Made by a program: the position numbers and the translations under genes. This document shows, in pieces, positions 29,376 to 38,804 of a DNA stretch of 64,000 bases (its first letter is position 1; the number at the start of each line of letters is the position of its first letter). Below the pieces are notes generated by a model. That model was given only the letters and a program-made list of their open reading frames with translations. It was not told where the DNA came from and ran no database searches. Source of the DNA: Bacillota bacterium (GTDB taxonomy: Bacteria > Bacillota > Ch66 > Ch109). The stretch covers positions 64,001 through 128,000 of the forward strand of contig JBMNLH010000003.1 of assembly GCA_050952625.1 (NCBI GenBank), in the 5' to 3' direction.

Positions 29376-30140
29376 TTACTTACTATGACTCGCTTTGGTG
29401 GTTCCCGGCACAGCCAAGGCACAGGGACCAACCGCACATTTGCCACAAACATCACATAAGCCCAGGTCCGCAAAATAATCGTTTATCTTCAGCAACTGCT
29501 GATAACACTTGGCTTTATCGAGTCCCTCCAGGCGGAGAGCTTCGGTGGGACACAGGCGGGTACAAACGGCACATTTCCCTTCGCGGCGATGCAAACAGTA
29601 TTCCCGACTGGGAACCGGGGTGCTGGGCAATTCGCTATCTACCACCAAGCTGCCTAAGCGGCCGGCACAGCCCGCGGCGGTGATCAACATTTGGTTGAGC
29701 CCAAAGGTTCCTAAGCCGCAAAAATAAGCGACGTGTTTGTGTGACCAGTTGGCAATCAGCGTAGCATCAAAGTTATGGGTAGGCTGCTGCCAAGCCGCTT
29801 TGACCCCTTTTTGTTGCAGTTCTTCAACCAGAGTCGAACAAATACTACTAATCAACTGGTTAGTTTCGATATACGCCACCGCCCACTCCCGCGTAATGTC
29901 AGCCGCCTGGCGGTGTTGCCGGATTAATTCTTCGGAAAAGGGAACAAAAAAAGCCACCACCGAGCGGGCCTCCGGCAGCAGGTCGTGGGGTAGTAAATGG
30001 CCTGGACCAACGAGCTCCTTTAACCGCGCAAATCCAGGGTTGTCCGCTGCGGTCATTCCAACCAGCGGCGTCCGATAGGTGGTTTGCGTTTGAGATTGGT
30101 TAACCAATTCAACAATCATATTCCGGATAAAACTATGCAT
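29376..30140 (-). CDS. Epoxyqueuosine reductase (QueG)-like Fe-S protein
   Basis: WSHKHVAY..GLGTFG, GCAGRLGS, C..C...CP, C..CGKC. Confidence 0.75.
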   Translation of the reverse strand: MHSFIRNMIVELVNQSQTQTTYRTPLVGMTAADNPGFARLKELVGPGHLLPHDLLPEARSVVAFFVPFSEELIRQHRQAADITREWAVAYIETNQLISSICSTLVEELQQKGVKAAWQQPTHNFDATLIANWSHKHVAYFCGLGTFGLNQMLITAAGCAGRLGSLVVDSELPSTPVPSREYCLHRREGKCAVCTRLCPTEALRLEGLDKAKCYQQLLKINDYFADLGLCDVCGKCAVGPCALAVPGTTKASHSK

Positions 30141-30207
30141 CTAAATTACCCTGCCTTGTTCACTATGTATGAGTTGTTTTCGTCTCCATGAATAAAAGTA
30201 ATTAAAA

Positions 30208-30317
30208 GTGAACTCGTTCAACTTCGCTGAACATGAAGTATTCAGATGGAGCCTATACTCCACCTGAAGTTTTATCGAGGTAACCCCCACTCATGAAGTG
30301 GGAGTCTTTTGGTTCAG
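30208..30317 (-). mobile_element. ~110-bp non-autonomous IS200/IS605-like element, copy C
   Basis: Minus strand TTAT|ctgaaccaaaagactcccacttcatgagtgggg...gttgaacgagttcac. Confidence 0.75.
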
Positions 30318-30378
30318 ATAAGTAATAATCCTAAACATTGATCCCCTTTTTAAATTATAATTCAAGCTAACTGTCTAT

Positions 30379-30405
30379 ATTCGGCATATAATTTGTTTTT
30401 CCTGC
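30379..30405 (-). promoter_or_regulatory. SigH-like promoter upstream of the queG-like gene
   Basis: Minus strand GCAGGA-N17-GAAT. Confidence 0.5.
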
Positions 30406-30589
30406 AGGAAGACAGATCACTATCTTGTATCCCCAGGGCACTCACTACACCGACAACTAATAATAAATAGATAGCGGCCTGCATGGAAGCCAGTGTCTGC
30501 GTCAATTGCTTTAACCAGCCTTTCCTCCTAACAAATTATTGACAAATCCAACCAATTGGCTATAATAATATTACACATTAAATTCGTCA

Positions 30590-31825
30590 GTGGGTGATCC
30601 AATGTATATCCCGCGTCATATGGAAACTACTCTTAAAACGATAGAAAAGATGTTTAGTGCCGTTATCGTTACTGGACCCCGTCAGGTGGGAAAAACAACG
30701 CTTCTGAAAAAGGTCAAGCCTGATACCCCTTATCTGACGCTAGACGATCCCTTGATGCTCCGCATGGCGATTGACGAACCAGGCACTTTTTTCAAGGCGG
30801 CTCCGCCTCCGGTTATCATTGATGAGGTCCAATATGCCCCCAACCTTTTCACCTATATAAAAATGTCCGTAGATGAGACCCACCGAAAAGGTCAGTTCTT
30901 TCTCTCTGGTTCCCAGCAGTTTCGACTGATGAAAAATGTTAGTGAATCGCTAGCTGGCAGGCTTGGAATTTTGGAACTGTTGGGGCTTTCCCTGCGTGAA
31001 ATCAATGGCGTCAGCTTCAATAAACCGTTCATCCCCATTCAGAAGTACTATAACGAACGCGGGAATGAGCTTGCACATCTAGACTACGATGATATCTGGG
31101 AAACCATTCATCGAGGCAGTATGCCCGAACTCCAGGCAAACAGAGATATTGACTGGCAGATGTTTTACGCAGCCTATACAAAGGCGTATATTGAACGGGA
31201 CGTGCGTGAGCTTACTCAGGTAGGTGATGAGGTAAAATTTATCAATTTCATGACCACGATCGCCGCCCGTACCGGCCAGCTGCTTAATTTGTCATCAGTC
31301 GCCCGTGATGTCGGGGTCAGTCAACCTACTGCTGACCGGTGGCTTTCGATCCTTCGGGCGTCAAACATCGTTTATTTGCTTCAGCCCTATTACACTAACA
31401 TAACCAAGCGGGCGATCAAGACACCAAAGTTATATTTTCTAGATACTGGGCTGGCGGCATACCTGACCCGTTGGAACACGCCGGAGGTCATTCGGCACGG
31501 TGCGATGGCCGGTGCTTTTTTTGAGACCTTTGTGATTGGCGAAATTATCAAGAGCTATTATAATTCTGGCATCATTGATCCACCGCTGTTTTTTTATCGA
31601 GACAAGGAACAGAATGAGATTGATCTGCTGATTTATCAAGACGGGACCCTGTATCCGATTGAAATCAAAAAACACGCTGATCCGAAACGTGAGGACACAT
31701 CAGCGTTCAGTGTGCTGGATAAGTTGGGTACAGTAAAACGCGGCCCGGGCGCGGTCATTTGCCTGTACGATAAGCTCTTTCCCCTCGGCGGCGACAACTG
31801 GGTCGTGCCGATAAAGTACCTCTAA
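30590..31825 (+). CDS. AAA_14 ATPase with DUF4143 C-terminal nuclease-like domain
   Basis: TGPRQVGKTT, IIDEVQYAP, SGSQ, ESLAGR, KLYFLDTGL, FYRD....EIDL, PIEIK. Confidence 0.9.
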   Translation: MGDPMYIPRHMETTLKTIEKMFSAVIVTGPRQVGKTTLLKKVKPDTPYLTLDDPLMLRMAIDEPGTFFKAAPPPVIIDEVQYAPNLFTYIKMSVDETHRKGQFFLSGSQQFRLMKNVSESLAGRLGILELLGLSLREINGVSFNKPFIPIQKYYNERGNELAHLDYDDIWETIHRGSMPELQANRDIDWQMFYAAYTKAYIERDVRELTQVGDEVKFINFMTTIAARTGQLLNLSSVARDVGVSQPTADRWLSILRASNIVYLLQPYYTNITKRAIKTPKLYFLDTGLAAYLTRWNTPEVIRHGAMAGAFFETFVIGEIIKSYYNSGIIDPPLFFYRDKEQNEIDLLIYQDGTLYPIEIKKHADPKREDTSAFSVLDKLGTVKRGPGAVICLYDKLFPLGGDNWVVPIKYL

Positions 31826-31841
31826 AACAGGAATGATATAA

Positions 31842-32600
31842 TTATGAGAATGATGAGTATCTTCGCAAATAAGATTCAATATATTTATGTACTGCTGCCG
31901 CCGGCTCATATATCCCAAAATGCCCTTCGCAGAGTATGTCTGCCTCCAGGCTAAGTAGTCGTTGCATTGAGCTTCGCCATTGATTAAGATCTGATCCCCA
32001 TTCCTGGTTAAAAGGTCCATGAATATCCTGGCCGAACAGGATCTTTAAGCCGGCACACCGGGGCATGCCGGGGGACTTTCTGGCTTTGTCGATTTGGCCG
32101 AACAGTATCTTTGAGTCGGGACACCGACAAAGGATTGATAGGCTCCCCGGAGTATGCCCAGGGGTATGTAAAAACTGGAATTCAATCTGCCCCATCGTAA
32201 GGGTTTCTCGATCCTGCTTAATAACTCGATCTACTTTGACCGGCTGGTATTTTACGCCATACCAGTCGGCTGCCGTTAGAACCGGATTGCCATTTTCTAT
32301 AGCATCAAGTTCCAGTTGATGGGCTAGCACTAAAGCACCGGTTTTCTCCTGTAAATATTTCAAACCACCAATATGATCTATATGACCATGGGTCACTAAA
32401 ATATATTGAACACTATCCGGAGAAAAACCGCATTTTTCAATATTCTCAAGTATCCGCTCGCTTCTCTTTCCCGCTCCGGCATCAATTAACGCTAGCTTAT
32501 TTTCGGATTCTACCAAATAAACACAGCAATCATCAGGGTGGGAAAGATAACTTCCCCCGACCTGGTACACCTGTGGACATATGCTTACTGCCATAACCAA
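31842..32600 (-). CDS. MBL-fold metallo-hydrolase carrying a 22-codon in-frame insertion
   Basis: THGHIDHIGG, TPGHTPGS, LCEGH; KILFGQ is duplicated. Confidence 0.88.
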   Translation of the reverse strand: MVMAVSICPQVYQVGGSYLSHPDDCCVYLVESENKLALIDAGAGKRSERILENIEKCGFSPDSVQYILVTHGHIDHIGGLKYLQEKTGALVLAHQLELDAIENGNPVLTAADWYGVKYQPVKVDRVIKQDRETLTMGQIEFQFLHTPGHTPGSLSILCRCPDSKILFGQIDKARKSPGMPRCAGLKILFGQDIHGPFNQEWGSDLNQWRSSMQRLLSLEADILCEGHFGIYEPAAAVHKYIESYLRRYSSFS

Positions 32601-32752
32601 CCCTCCCTTAGATTTATTATATTATGTTATGTTCACGGCAAAGTTAGCCTATCCTGAATGGATTGGGTCGTCACTTAGTCAAACGCCCCTTCTTCTAGGC
32701 CTACAAACTGGGATTACATTCAGTTTGTTGTATCGTTATTTTGTTCATTATT

Positions 32753-32929
32753 ATTTATAGATACATGATTTCTCACCCTCTTTAACCATTCTATTTTCAC
32801 TTTTTGAATTTCAATTCCGTACTCAATAATAAAAACGCGAAACCGATAAACCTTTTTATTTATATTAAATCCCAATCTATTTCCTAACCAATATAAATCG
32901 TACACCTGATTAAAGTCAAATCATTTAAC
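32753..32929 (-). pseudogene. Internally deleted paralogous copy of the padR locus (39053-39678)
   Basis: 32753-32862 matches 39053-39162; 32861-32929 matches 39612-39678; about 450 bp missing. Confidence 0.9.
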
Positions 32930-32941
32930 TAGGCAGAAAAC

Positions 32942-32970
32942 AAAAAGGCATCGTCCGAAAACGATGCTTT
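32942..32970 (-). terminator. Intrinsic terminator after the lipoprotein gene
   Basis: aaaaaggcatcgt-ccgaaa-acgatgcttt. Confidence 0.7.
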
Positions 32971-33000
32971 ATCTTATCGCAAACTGCTTTCAATACCGAA

Positions 33001-33510
33001 CTACTCCTTGATTTCATAAGTAATGGTTACAGACTTCTTTTCTGCATCATACATTAAAGTAATCATGGTTTTTTCGTCCTTTTTAGCCCCATAGCTGTAT
33101 ACTGCATCACTAGTAAGCTCATAAGAATCAGTAGTAAAACCCTGGGCTTTTATTTCCTCCAGGTATTGGTTAAAATCTTGTTGAGCAACTTCTTCCAACA
33201 TGATCATACAGTATTGTTCCGAATTCATCGTCGAAACCACAACGCCTTTGTTTAACTGAGGAATCTGCTGGGCGGCACCGCTGGCCGGCCATTTGGTTTC
33301 TCCAAAACTATATTCTTGTCCATCTTTGCCGGTGATAGTAACTTTATCGCCGTCCAAATCAACCTTGGCTTCTCCATCAATCGCTTTGTTAATTATTCCT
33401 TCGGAAACTGATTCGGCTATTTTTTCATTCATCTTTTCTTTAGCTCCGCAGCCGCCCAACGCTGCCATCAGGAAAACCATCAGTAAAATGGCTATTAATT
33501 TTTTCGACAT
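33001..33510 (-). CDS. Hypothetical lipoprotein
   Basis: Lipobox LGGC; F.QY.E..K..GFT motif. Confidence 0.75.
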   Translation of the reverse strand: MSKKLIAILLMVFLMAALGGCGAKEKMNEKIAESVSEGIINKAIDGEAKVDLDGDKVTITGKDGQEYSFGETKWPASGAAQQIPQLNKGVVVSTMNSEQYCMIMLEEVAQQDFNQYLEEIKAQGFTTDSYELTSDAVYSYGAKKDEKTMITLMYDAEKKSVTITYEIKE

Positions 33511-33574
33511 TTCAATATACCTCTTTTCTTATGATATTTCTTTATGAAAATTGATATTCTGACACCCGTGCCGG

Positions 33575-33934
33575 TTACTTTATCAACTGGTACTTACCAA
33601 TAATCGGAAGAACCTTATCCTTGCCGTTAAGACCATTTAGTAATCCGATAATCGCCATTATGAAAACTCCGAGCCCAAAAAAGGGCAGCAGTAGCCAGCC
33701 AATTACCGGGATAATGCTTAAAACAAAACTTCCTCCCAATGCCAGCAAAAACAACAGCAAACCCTGGTTGGCATGGTACCGACCAAAAGGGGAATTCGGG
33801 CAGACCAATAACGGCAGGAAAAAAATAAAATAAGCAAGTCCTGCCATAACCTTACTACTTTCAATATCTTCCGGGGTGAAAGTAGGAGTTTGCTTGGTCT
33901 TCGCTTGATTCACTTCTGCATTGAAATCCGTCAT
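33575..33934 (-). CDS. DUF4870-like small membrane protein
   Basis: LAY..FFLPL, YHANQGLLL, IP.IGW, LPIIG. Confidence 0.8.
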   Translation of the reverse strand: MTDFNAEVNQAKTKQTPTFTPEDIESSKVMAGLAYFIFFLPLLVCPNSPFGRYHANQGLLLFLLALGGSFVLSIIPVIGWLLLPFFGLGVFIMAIIGLLNGLNGKDKVLPIIGKYQLIK

Positions 33935-34008
33935 AATTAAACCTCCTTATTCATTATATTGACGGTATATTGACGGTTTAAAATATACCAATGTTTTTTG
34001 CAGAAGTA

Positions 34009-34051
34009 ATCACCCCCAGGGTGATAAACTAAAAATCACCTTGAGAGTGAT
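34009..34051. promoter_or_regulatory. Twin palindromic operators ATCAC-N7-GTGAT in a divergent promoter region
   Basis: ATCACCCCCAGGGTGAT (34009-34025) and ATCACCTTGAGAGTGAT (34035-34051). Confidence 0.7.
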
Positions 34052-34167
34052 CAGGTTAATTTTGTATGATTTTGGATATCAAAAAAAAAGGATTATCAGG
34101 AAATGTGGCAAATTATTATCTACAAATTAAATGTTTGCCAAATAGCAATCTAATAAGAGGCAAGGAC

Positions 34168-35574
34168 ATGAAAAGATATTTTTTAGCTTTCGTATTGTTG
34201 ATTTGGCTTATTGTCTGCCCATTGGCTGGATGTGGCGAAGGTGCTAAGATCGATCCGGCTAATCCGGTAACCCTTAATTTGTGGCATAATTACGGTGGTC
34301 AGCTTAAAGAGACGATGGACAATATGGTAGATGAATTTAATGAAACCATCGGGATCGAAAAAGGTATTATAATTAATGTTACCTCTATTTCAGGCAGTGC
34401 TACTCTCCATGAAAAACTTACTATGGCCGCTCATGGTGACCCAGGTGCCCCTAACCTGCCTGATATCACCACTGCCTATCCAAAAACTGCTCTTATTCTG
34501 GCTAATAAAGGCCTATTAACTGACCTGAATAGTCAGTTTTCTGGCCAGGAATTATCAGCCTATATTCCGGAATTTTTAGCAGAAGGGCGGATAAACGGAG
34601 ACAGTCTTTATGTCTTCCCTACTGCTAAATCAACAGAAGTATTGTTTGTTAACACTACATTATTCAATAAGTTTGCTCGGGACACGGGAGCTAAAATCGA
34701 GGATCTAAAATCTTTTGAAGGGATTACCAGGACTGCTTCCCTTTATTATGAATGGACTGACCAGCAAACACCTGATGTGGCTGATGACGGTAAAATGTTC
34801 TATATGCCGGATTCACTATTTAATTTCGCCCTGATAGGTTGTAAACAACTGGGGGCAGAATTGATCAACGAAGGCAAATTTAACTTTTCGTCACCACAGT
34901 ATCAAAGGGTATGGGATTGTTATTATCAATCTGCCGTCTTAGGAAATTTCGCTATTTTTGACGGTTATGCTACCGATCTGGCGAAAACTGGTGATATAGT
35001 ATGTTCGACCGGATCAACTGCCGGAGTATCTTTTTTCTCTCCCACAGTGACTTATGCAGATAATACCTCTGAACCAGCTGAACTGGCTATCCTACCCTAC
35101 CCGGTTTTTGAAGGTGGTAAAAAAGCAGCTATTCAAAGAGGGGCCGGTATGTGTGTAATCAAATCCACACCCGAGAAAGAATACGCTGCCGCGGTGTTTT
35201 TGAAATGGTTTACCAGCCCGGAAAACAACTTACGCTTTGTTTCATGTACCGGCTATCTGCCCGTAACTAAAGAAGCTTTCGGGGAGATTATGTCCCAAGA
35301 GATAGAAAGCATGTCGAATGACAGTATCAAGAAACTGCTGCAAACCGCCAGGACCATGCAGCAAGAATATGAGTTTTACATTCCTCCATTGTTCGATGGG
35401 ATTGATGAACTGCAGAAGGAATATGAAAGCAAGCTTAGAGAATTAACCGCAAATTCACGCACATCTTATCTAAACAAGCTCTCTAACAGTGATAAAAACA
35501 CTGCTTATAAATCTGTGGCTCCGGTTGCCTTTGCTGATTTTGTAAACATAGACTTTCGAGAATCTAATTTGTAA
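34168..35574 (+). CDS. Extracellular solute-binding lipoprotein (family 1-like), with no ABC partners adjacent
   Basis: Probable start ATG 34168 (MKRYF...LAGC lipobox); LWHNY, KSTEVLFVN, FLKWFT, TGYLPV. Confidence 0.85.
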   Translation: MKRYFLAFVLLIWLIVCPLAGCGEGAKIDPANPVTLNLWHNYGGQLKETMDNMVDEFNETIGIEKGIIINVTSISGSATLHEKLTMAAHGDPGAPNLPDITTAYPKTALILANKGLLTDLNSQFSGQELSAYIPEFLAEGRINGDSLYVFPTAKSTEVLFVNTTLFNKFARDTGAKIEDLKSFEGITRTASLYYEWTDQQTPDVADDGKMFYMPDSLFNFALIGCKQLGAELINEGKFNFSSPQYQRVWDCYYQSAVLGNFAIFDGYATDLAKTGDIVCSTGSTAGVSFFSPTVTYADNTSEPAELAILPYPVFEGGKKAAIQRGAGMCVIKSTPEKEYAAAVFLKWFTSPENNLRFVSCTGYLPVTKEAFGEIMSQEIESMSNDSIKKLLQTARTMQQEYEFYIPPLFDGIDELQKEYESKLRELTANSRTSYLNKLSNSDKNTAYKSVAPVAFADFVNIDFRESNL

Positions 35575-37220
35575 TGGAGCTTTTGCCATTGAAAACCACA
35601 CTGCAAAAGAAAAGCTATGAGCTGATAAACTGGTTGACCGCTTCAACCACATCGGGTATTCCCATGCTTATAAGGCTTTTTCTGTTCTTAATTGTATTAG
35701 TGGTTACCATTATTTTTGGTGTAATAGCTATCCTGTTGATTACAGGAACTTTTACCGCCGGTCTGGCTGAGAGCGAGAGATTGTTTAACAATGATCTCCT
35801 TCACGCTTCTGAAAAGATTTCCCGGCAATATGCTGAGCTTTCCGTACAAGCCATCGAATTTTCCAAAGAACTGTCCCATAATATTGAAAAAAAAGCGGAG
35901 CAGTTAGGCATATCCGTGTCTGATTTACCCAACCACCCCGATAAATTAGAAAAAATTGTATCGGATCAATTAGAGATCGCTTACTCCTCTCTGAAAAAGT
36001 GCAAAAGCAGCGGCATATTCTTCATCCTGGACGCTACTGTTAATCCCACTCTATCCAATGCGCAAAACTCCAAAGCCGGTTTATACCTGAAGAACATGGA
36101 GCCGAATATAATCAGTTCGTCTCATCCTAACATCATTGTCCTCCGAGGTTTTCCCAGCCTGGGACGCAATAACTCATTACCTCTGCATGCCCAGTGGAAA
36201 ATGGAATTTGATGTGGGCAATGCTCCTTATTATCAGCTTCCCATGGAAGCAGCCCGCGCTAACCAGGACCTGCCGTTATCCCGACTTTATTATTGGACAC
36301 CGGTGCTGACGTTGCCAGGAACTAGTGAGGAAATCATGATTTGCTCAGTGCCCTTAATTGATTCCCGAGGTAATGTTTTTGGTGTTTGCGGATTAGACAT
36401 AAGCAGTATGTTATTTAAGCTGTCACATCGGCCCCAAACCCACGTTTATAATCGGTCGTTTTATATCCTTGCTCCCTATCGCGAATCAACCATTGACCTG
36501 CGCGAGGCCATGGTAGCCGGAGGTTATTCCTCCAGGATTATGTCAATAAGCGAATCTCCCCTGACTATTTCCCAAACCAAGGGGGCTTTCTATTCTTACC
36601 ACCATCAGGGTAAGAACACTTTCTTCTGGGGGCTTCACACCCCGATATCCTTATATCCGAAGGGATCTGCTTTTGCTGACGAACAATGGATCGCAGCGGT
36701 CCTGGTTCCAGAAGAGGATATTGTGCAATCAATAACCCGCTTAAATGTACGGTTAATCTCGTGGCTGCTGCTCTTAGTTATCGTGGGAATAATCGCTTCA
36801 TTATTCATTAGCAAAAGATTCTTAAAGCCCATCTCCAAAGGGTTAGAGATTATCAAGTCAGAGGACTTAAGCGAAGTGCCCCGAACTAAAATACCAGAAA
36901 TAGACGATCTAATAGAATTCCTGGCCAACCGCAATGAAGTCCTGTATGAAGGAGCCAAGCAAAAAAACTTGTCCTTTAAGCTTCTCGATGAGTTCGCTAA
37001 GAATACAGAAAAACTCTCGCCTTCGGAGCGTTCAGTATATAACCTCTATGCCCAGGGATATACTGCCAAAGAAATCGCCGAAACACTCTGTCTCAGTATA
37101 AATACCATCAAAACCCATACCAAACATATTTATGCCAAACTCAATATTACCTCTCGCGAGGAGCTCCTCTTATATGTTAACTTGCTGCGAGAGATAGATA
37201 AAACAACTAGCCTTTTATAA
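35574..37220 (+). CDS. Membrane-anchored sensor (Cache-like) fused to a LuxR HTH
   Basis: Two TM helices flank a large extracellular domain ending SVPLID..G.VFGVCGLDI; C-terminal LSPSER.V..L...G.TAKEIAETL.LSINTIKTH...IYAKL; TAATG overlap with the upstream gene. Confidence 0.88.
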   Translation: MELLPLKTTLQKKSYELINWLTASTTSGIPMLIRLFLFLIVLVVTIIFGVIAILLITGTFTAGLAESERLFNNDLLHASEKISRQYAELSVQAIEFSKELSHNIEKKAEQLGISVSDLPNHPDKLEKIVSDQLEIAYSSLKKCKSSGIFFILDATVNPTLSNAQNSKAGLYLKNMEPNIISSSHPNIIVLRGFPSLGRNNSLPLHAQWKMEFDVGNAPYYQLPMEAARANQDLPLSRLYYWTPVLTLPGTSEEIMICSVPLIDSRGNVFGVCGLDISSMLFKLSHRPQTHVYNRSFYILAPYRESTIDLREAMVAGGYSSRIMSISESPLTISQTKGAFYSYHHQGKNTFFWGLHTPISLYPKGSAFADEQWIAAVLVPEEDIVQSITRLNVRLISWLLLLVIVGIIASLFISKRFLKPISKGLEIIKSEDLSEVPRTKIPEIDDLIEFLANRNEVLYEGAKQKNLSFKLLDEFAKNTEKLSPSERSVYNLYAQGYTAKEIAETLCLSINTIKTHTKHIYAKLNITSREELLLYVNLLREIDKTTSLL

Positions 37221-38412
37221 CTGCTATTGTCTTAAGTTTTTTGATCGGCTCGATCAAATCTAGCTCTTGCTCTATTACAAAATTAATATCTTTATAGGCA
37301 AACCTTGATTCTTCTGAAACATCGCCATGCTTTTGCTTCCCAAGGATCACCCCTTGTTCCTTTAAGTCAGCCAGGGTTTTTTCTACCGGAAACTGTTTTT
37401 TAGCTTGCCTTCTGCCTAGTTTCCTACCTGCTCCATGACTGCATGAATAAAAGCTCACCGGGTTACCTTTGCCTCTTACTATGTACGAGTAACTGCCCAT
37501 GGCTCCCGGAATAATTCCTAATTCACCTTCTTTAACCCTTATTGCTCCTTTTCGATGTACCCAAACCTTTTTATCGTAATGGCGTTCTACAGCAGCATAA
37601 TTATGGTGAGCATTCACTTCGTTGCTGAATTCAATGTGCGGGATTTTCTTGGCTAAATGATTTTTCACTACTTCAAGCATAATCTGTCTATTTTCTTGAG
37701 CAAACTCTAAAGCTAGCGTCATCCATGAGATATAAGCATTAGCCAGTTCAGTTTCAACTGGCAAAAATGCCAGATCATATTCCTTTGGGACAGGGGCAGA
37801 AATTTTTTTGTTAAATTCCTTGGCTTTCTGGTTATAATAATTCGCCACCTTATACCCAAAGTTTCTGCTACCGCTATGCAACATGAGACACAGTTTGCCG
37901 GCTTCGTCTTCCTGCAATTCAATAAAATGGTTACCGCCGCCCAATGTGCCAATTTGATAGTATCCTTCTTCTATTTGCGGCAATCCTTCCGGCAGAGTCT
38001 TATGTTTCAATGATTGGGCAAAGTCCGACTGTTCCAAAATTTTGCATTTTTGCTTTTTCGGGTGATGGTTAAAACCAGTTGGAATATCCCGCATAATCTG
38101 CTTGACTAAATCCTGGTACATGCCAGTTGTTATTTCGTTCTTGTGGATATTGGTTTCTACAAAAGCCACGCCACAGCCAATATCTACCCCAACGGCATTC
38201 GGTATAATCACATCTTCTACTGCTACGACACCACCGATAGGCATCCCATAGCCTTGATGGGTATCCGGCATTAAAGCTACCCATTTATAGGTAAAAGGCA
38301 AGTTGGCTAAGTTTAATGCCTGCTGCAAACAACCTTCTTCCACCTGCTCTATATTTTCTAACCATACCTTAATTGGCACCCGTTGCTTGTTTTTCTCGTA
38401 AATTACAAACAT
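37207..38412 (-). CDS. rtcB: RtcB RNA 2',3'-cyclic-phosphate ligase
   Basis: MPDTHQG, VGVDIGCG, GTLGGGNHFIE, HSGSR, HHN, HRKGA, PGAMG, SHGAGR. Confidence 0.96.
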   Translation of the reverse strand: MFVIYEKNKQRVPIKVWLENIEQVEEGCLQQALNLANLPFTYKWVALMPDTHQGYGMPIGGVVAVEDVIIPNAVGVDIGCGVAFVETNIHKNEITTGMYQDLVKQIMRDIPTGFNHHPKKQKCKILEQSDFAQSLKHKTLPEGLPQIEEGYYQIGTLGGGNHFIELQEDEAGKLCLMLHSGSRNFGYKVANYYNQKAKEFNKKISAPVPKEYDLAFLPVETELANAYISWMTLALEFAQENRQIMLEVVKNHLAKKIPHIEFSNEVNAHHNYAAVERHYDKKVWVHRKGAIRVKEGELGIIPGAMGSYSYIVRGKGNPVSFYSCSHGAGRKLGRRQAKKQFPVEKTLADLKEQGVILGKQKHGDVSEESRFAYKDINFVIEQELDLIEPIKKLKTIAVIKG

Positions 38413-38502
38413 TACTTTAGCTCCTTGACCTTTCTTAAATTATTGTTTATCCAAGTTAAGTATTGTTAAGTACATAAATTTTAAGTACATAAACAGCGAT
38501 AG

Positions 38503-38546
38503 CCCACCGTTAACCCGTCGTTAACCCATCCTTAACCCACCGTCAA
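38503..38546. repeat. 11-bp tandem repeat x4 upstream of rtcB
   Basis: cccaccgttaa cccgtcgttaa cccatccttaa cccaccgtcaa. Confidence 0.8.
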
Positions 38547-38555
38547 CTTAATCCT

Positions 38556-38804
38556 TTAATACTTCAGCAAATGTTCGTAGTCTCTTATCAGCCTCTTTAA
38601 AATGAGAGGGTCTAATTTGCCGTCACACTTTTTTGGTTCTCCGTAATTAGGACAATTTTTACAAAAATCCTTAGTTAATACTTTGCCGGTAGTATCGAAA
38701 ACAAAATTATAACAATCGGTTATTACTACACACCTAAAAGCAGAGCCAGCAGAACCCATACATATCCCCCCTAATTTCATCTTCCCGAATGCAATAAGGC
38801 TCAT
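38556..38804 (-). CDS. Small Cys-rich hypothetical protein (start probably ATG ~38759)
   Basis: ORF with C-x4-C, CxxC and a further C; GGGGG RBS-like run upstream of the internal Met. Confidence 0.5.
   Translation of the reverse strand: MSLIAFGKMKLGGICMGSAGSAFRCVVITDCYNFVFDTTGKVLTKDFCKNCPNYGEPKKCDGKLDPLILKRLIRDYEHLLKY

Noticed and set aside
32720-32905. 61-aa ORF as a genuine protein
   Set aside because: It is a by-product of the deleted padR duplicate (promoter sequence fused to the padR C-terminus).
38503-38546. Possible CRISPR array (also considered 5464-5519 and the ~110-bp repeats)
   Set aside because: Units are 7-11 bp with no spacers, or are dispersed, and there are no cas genes in the window.
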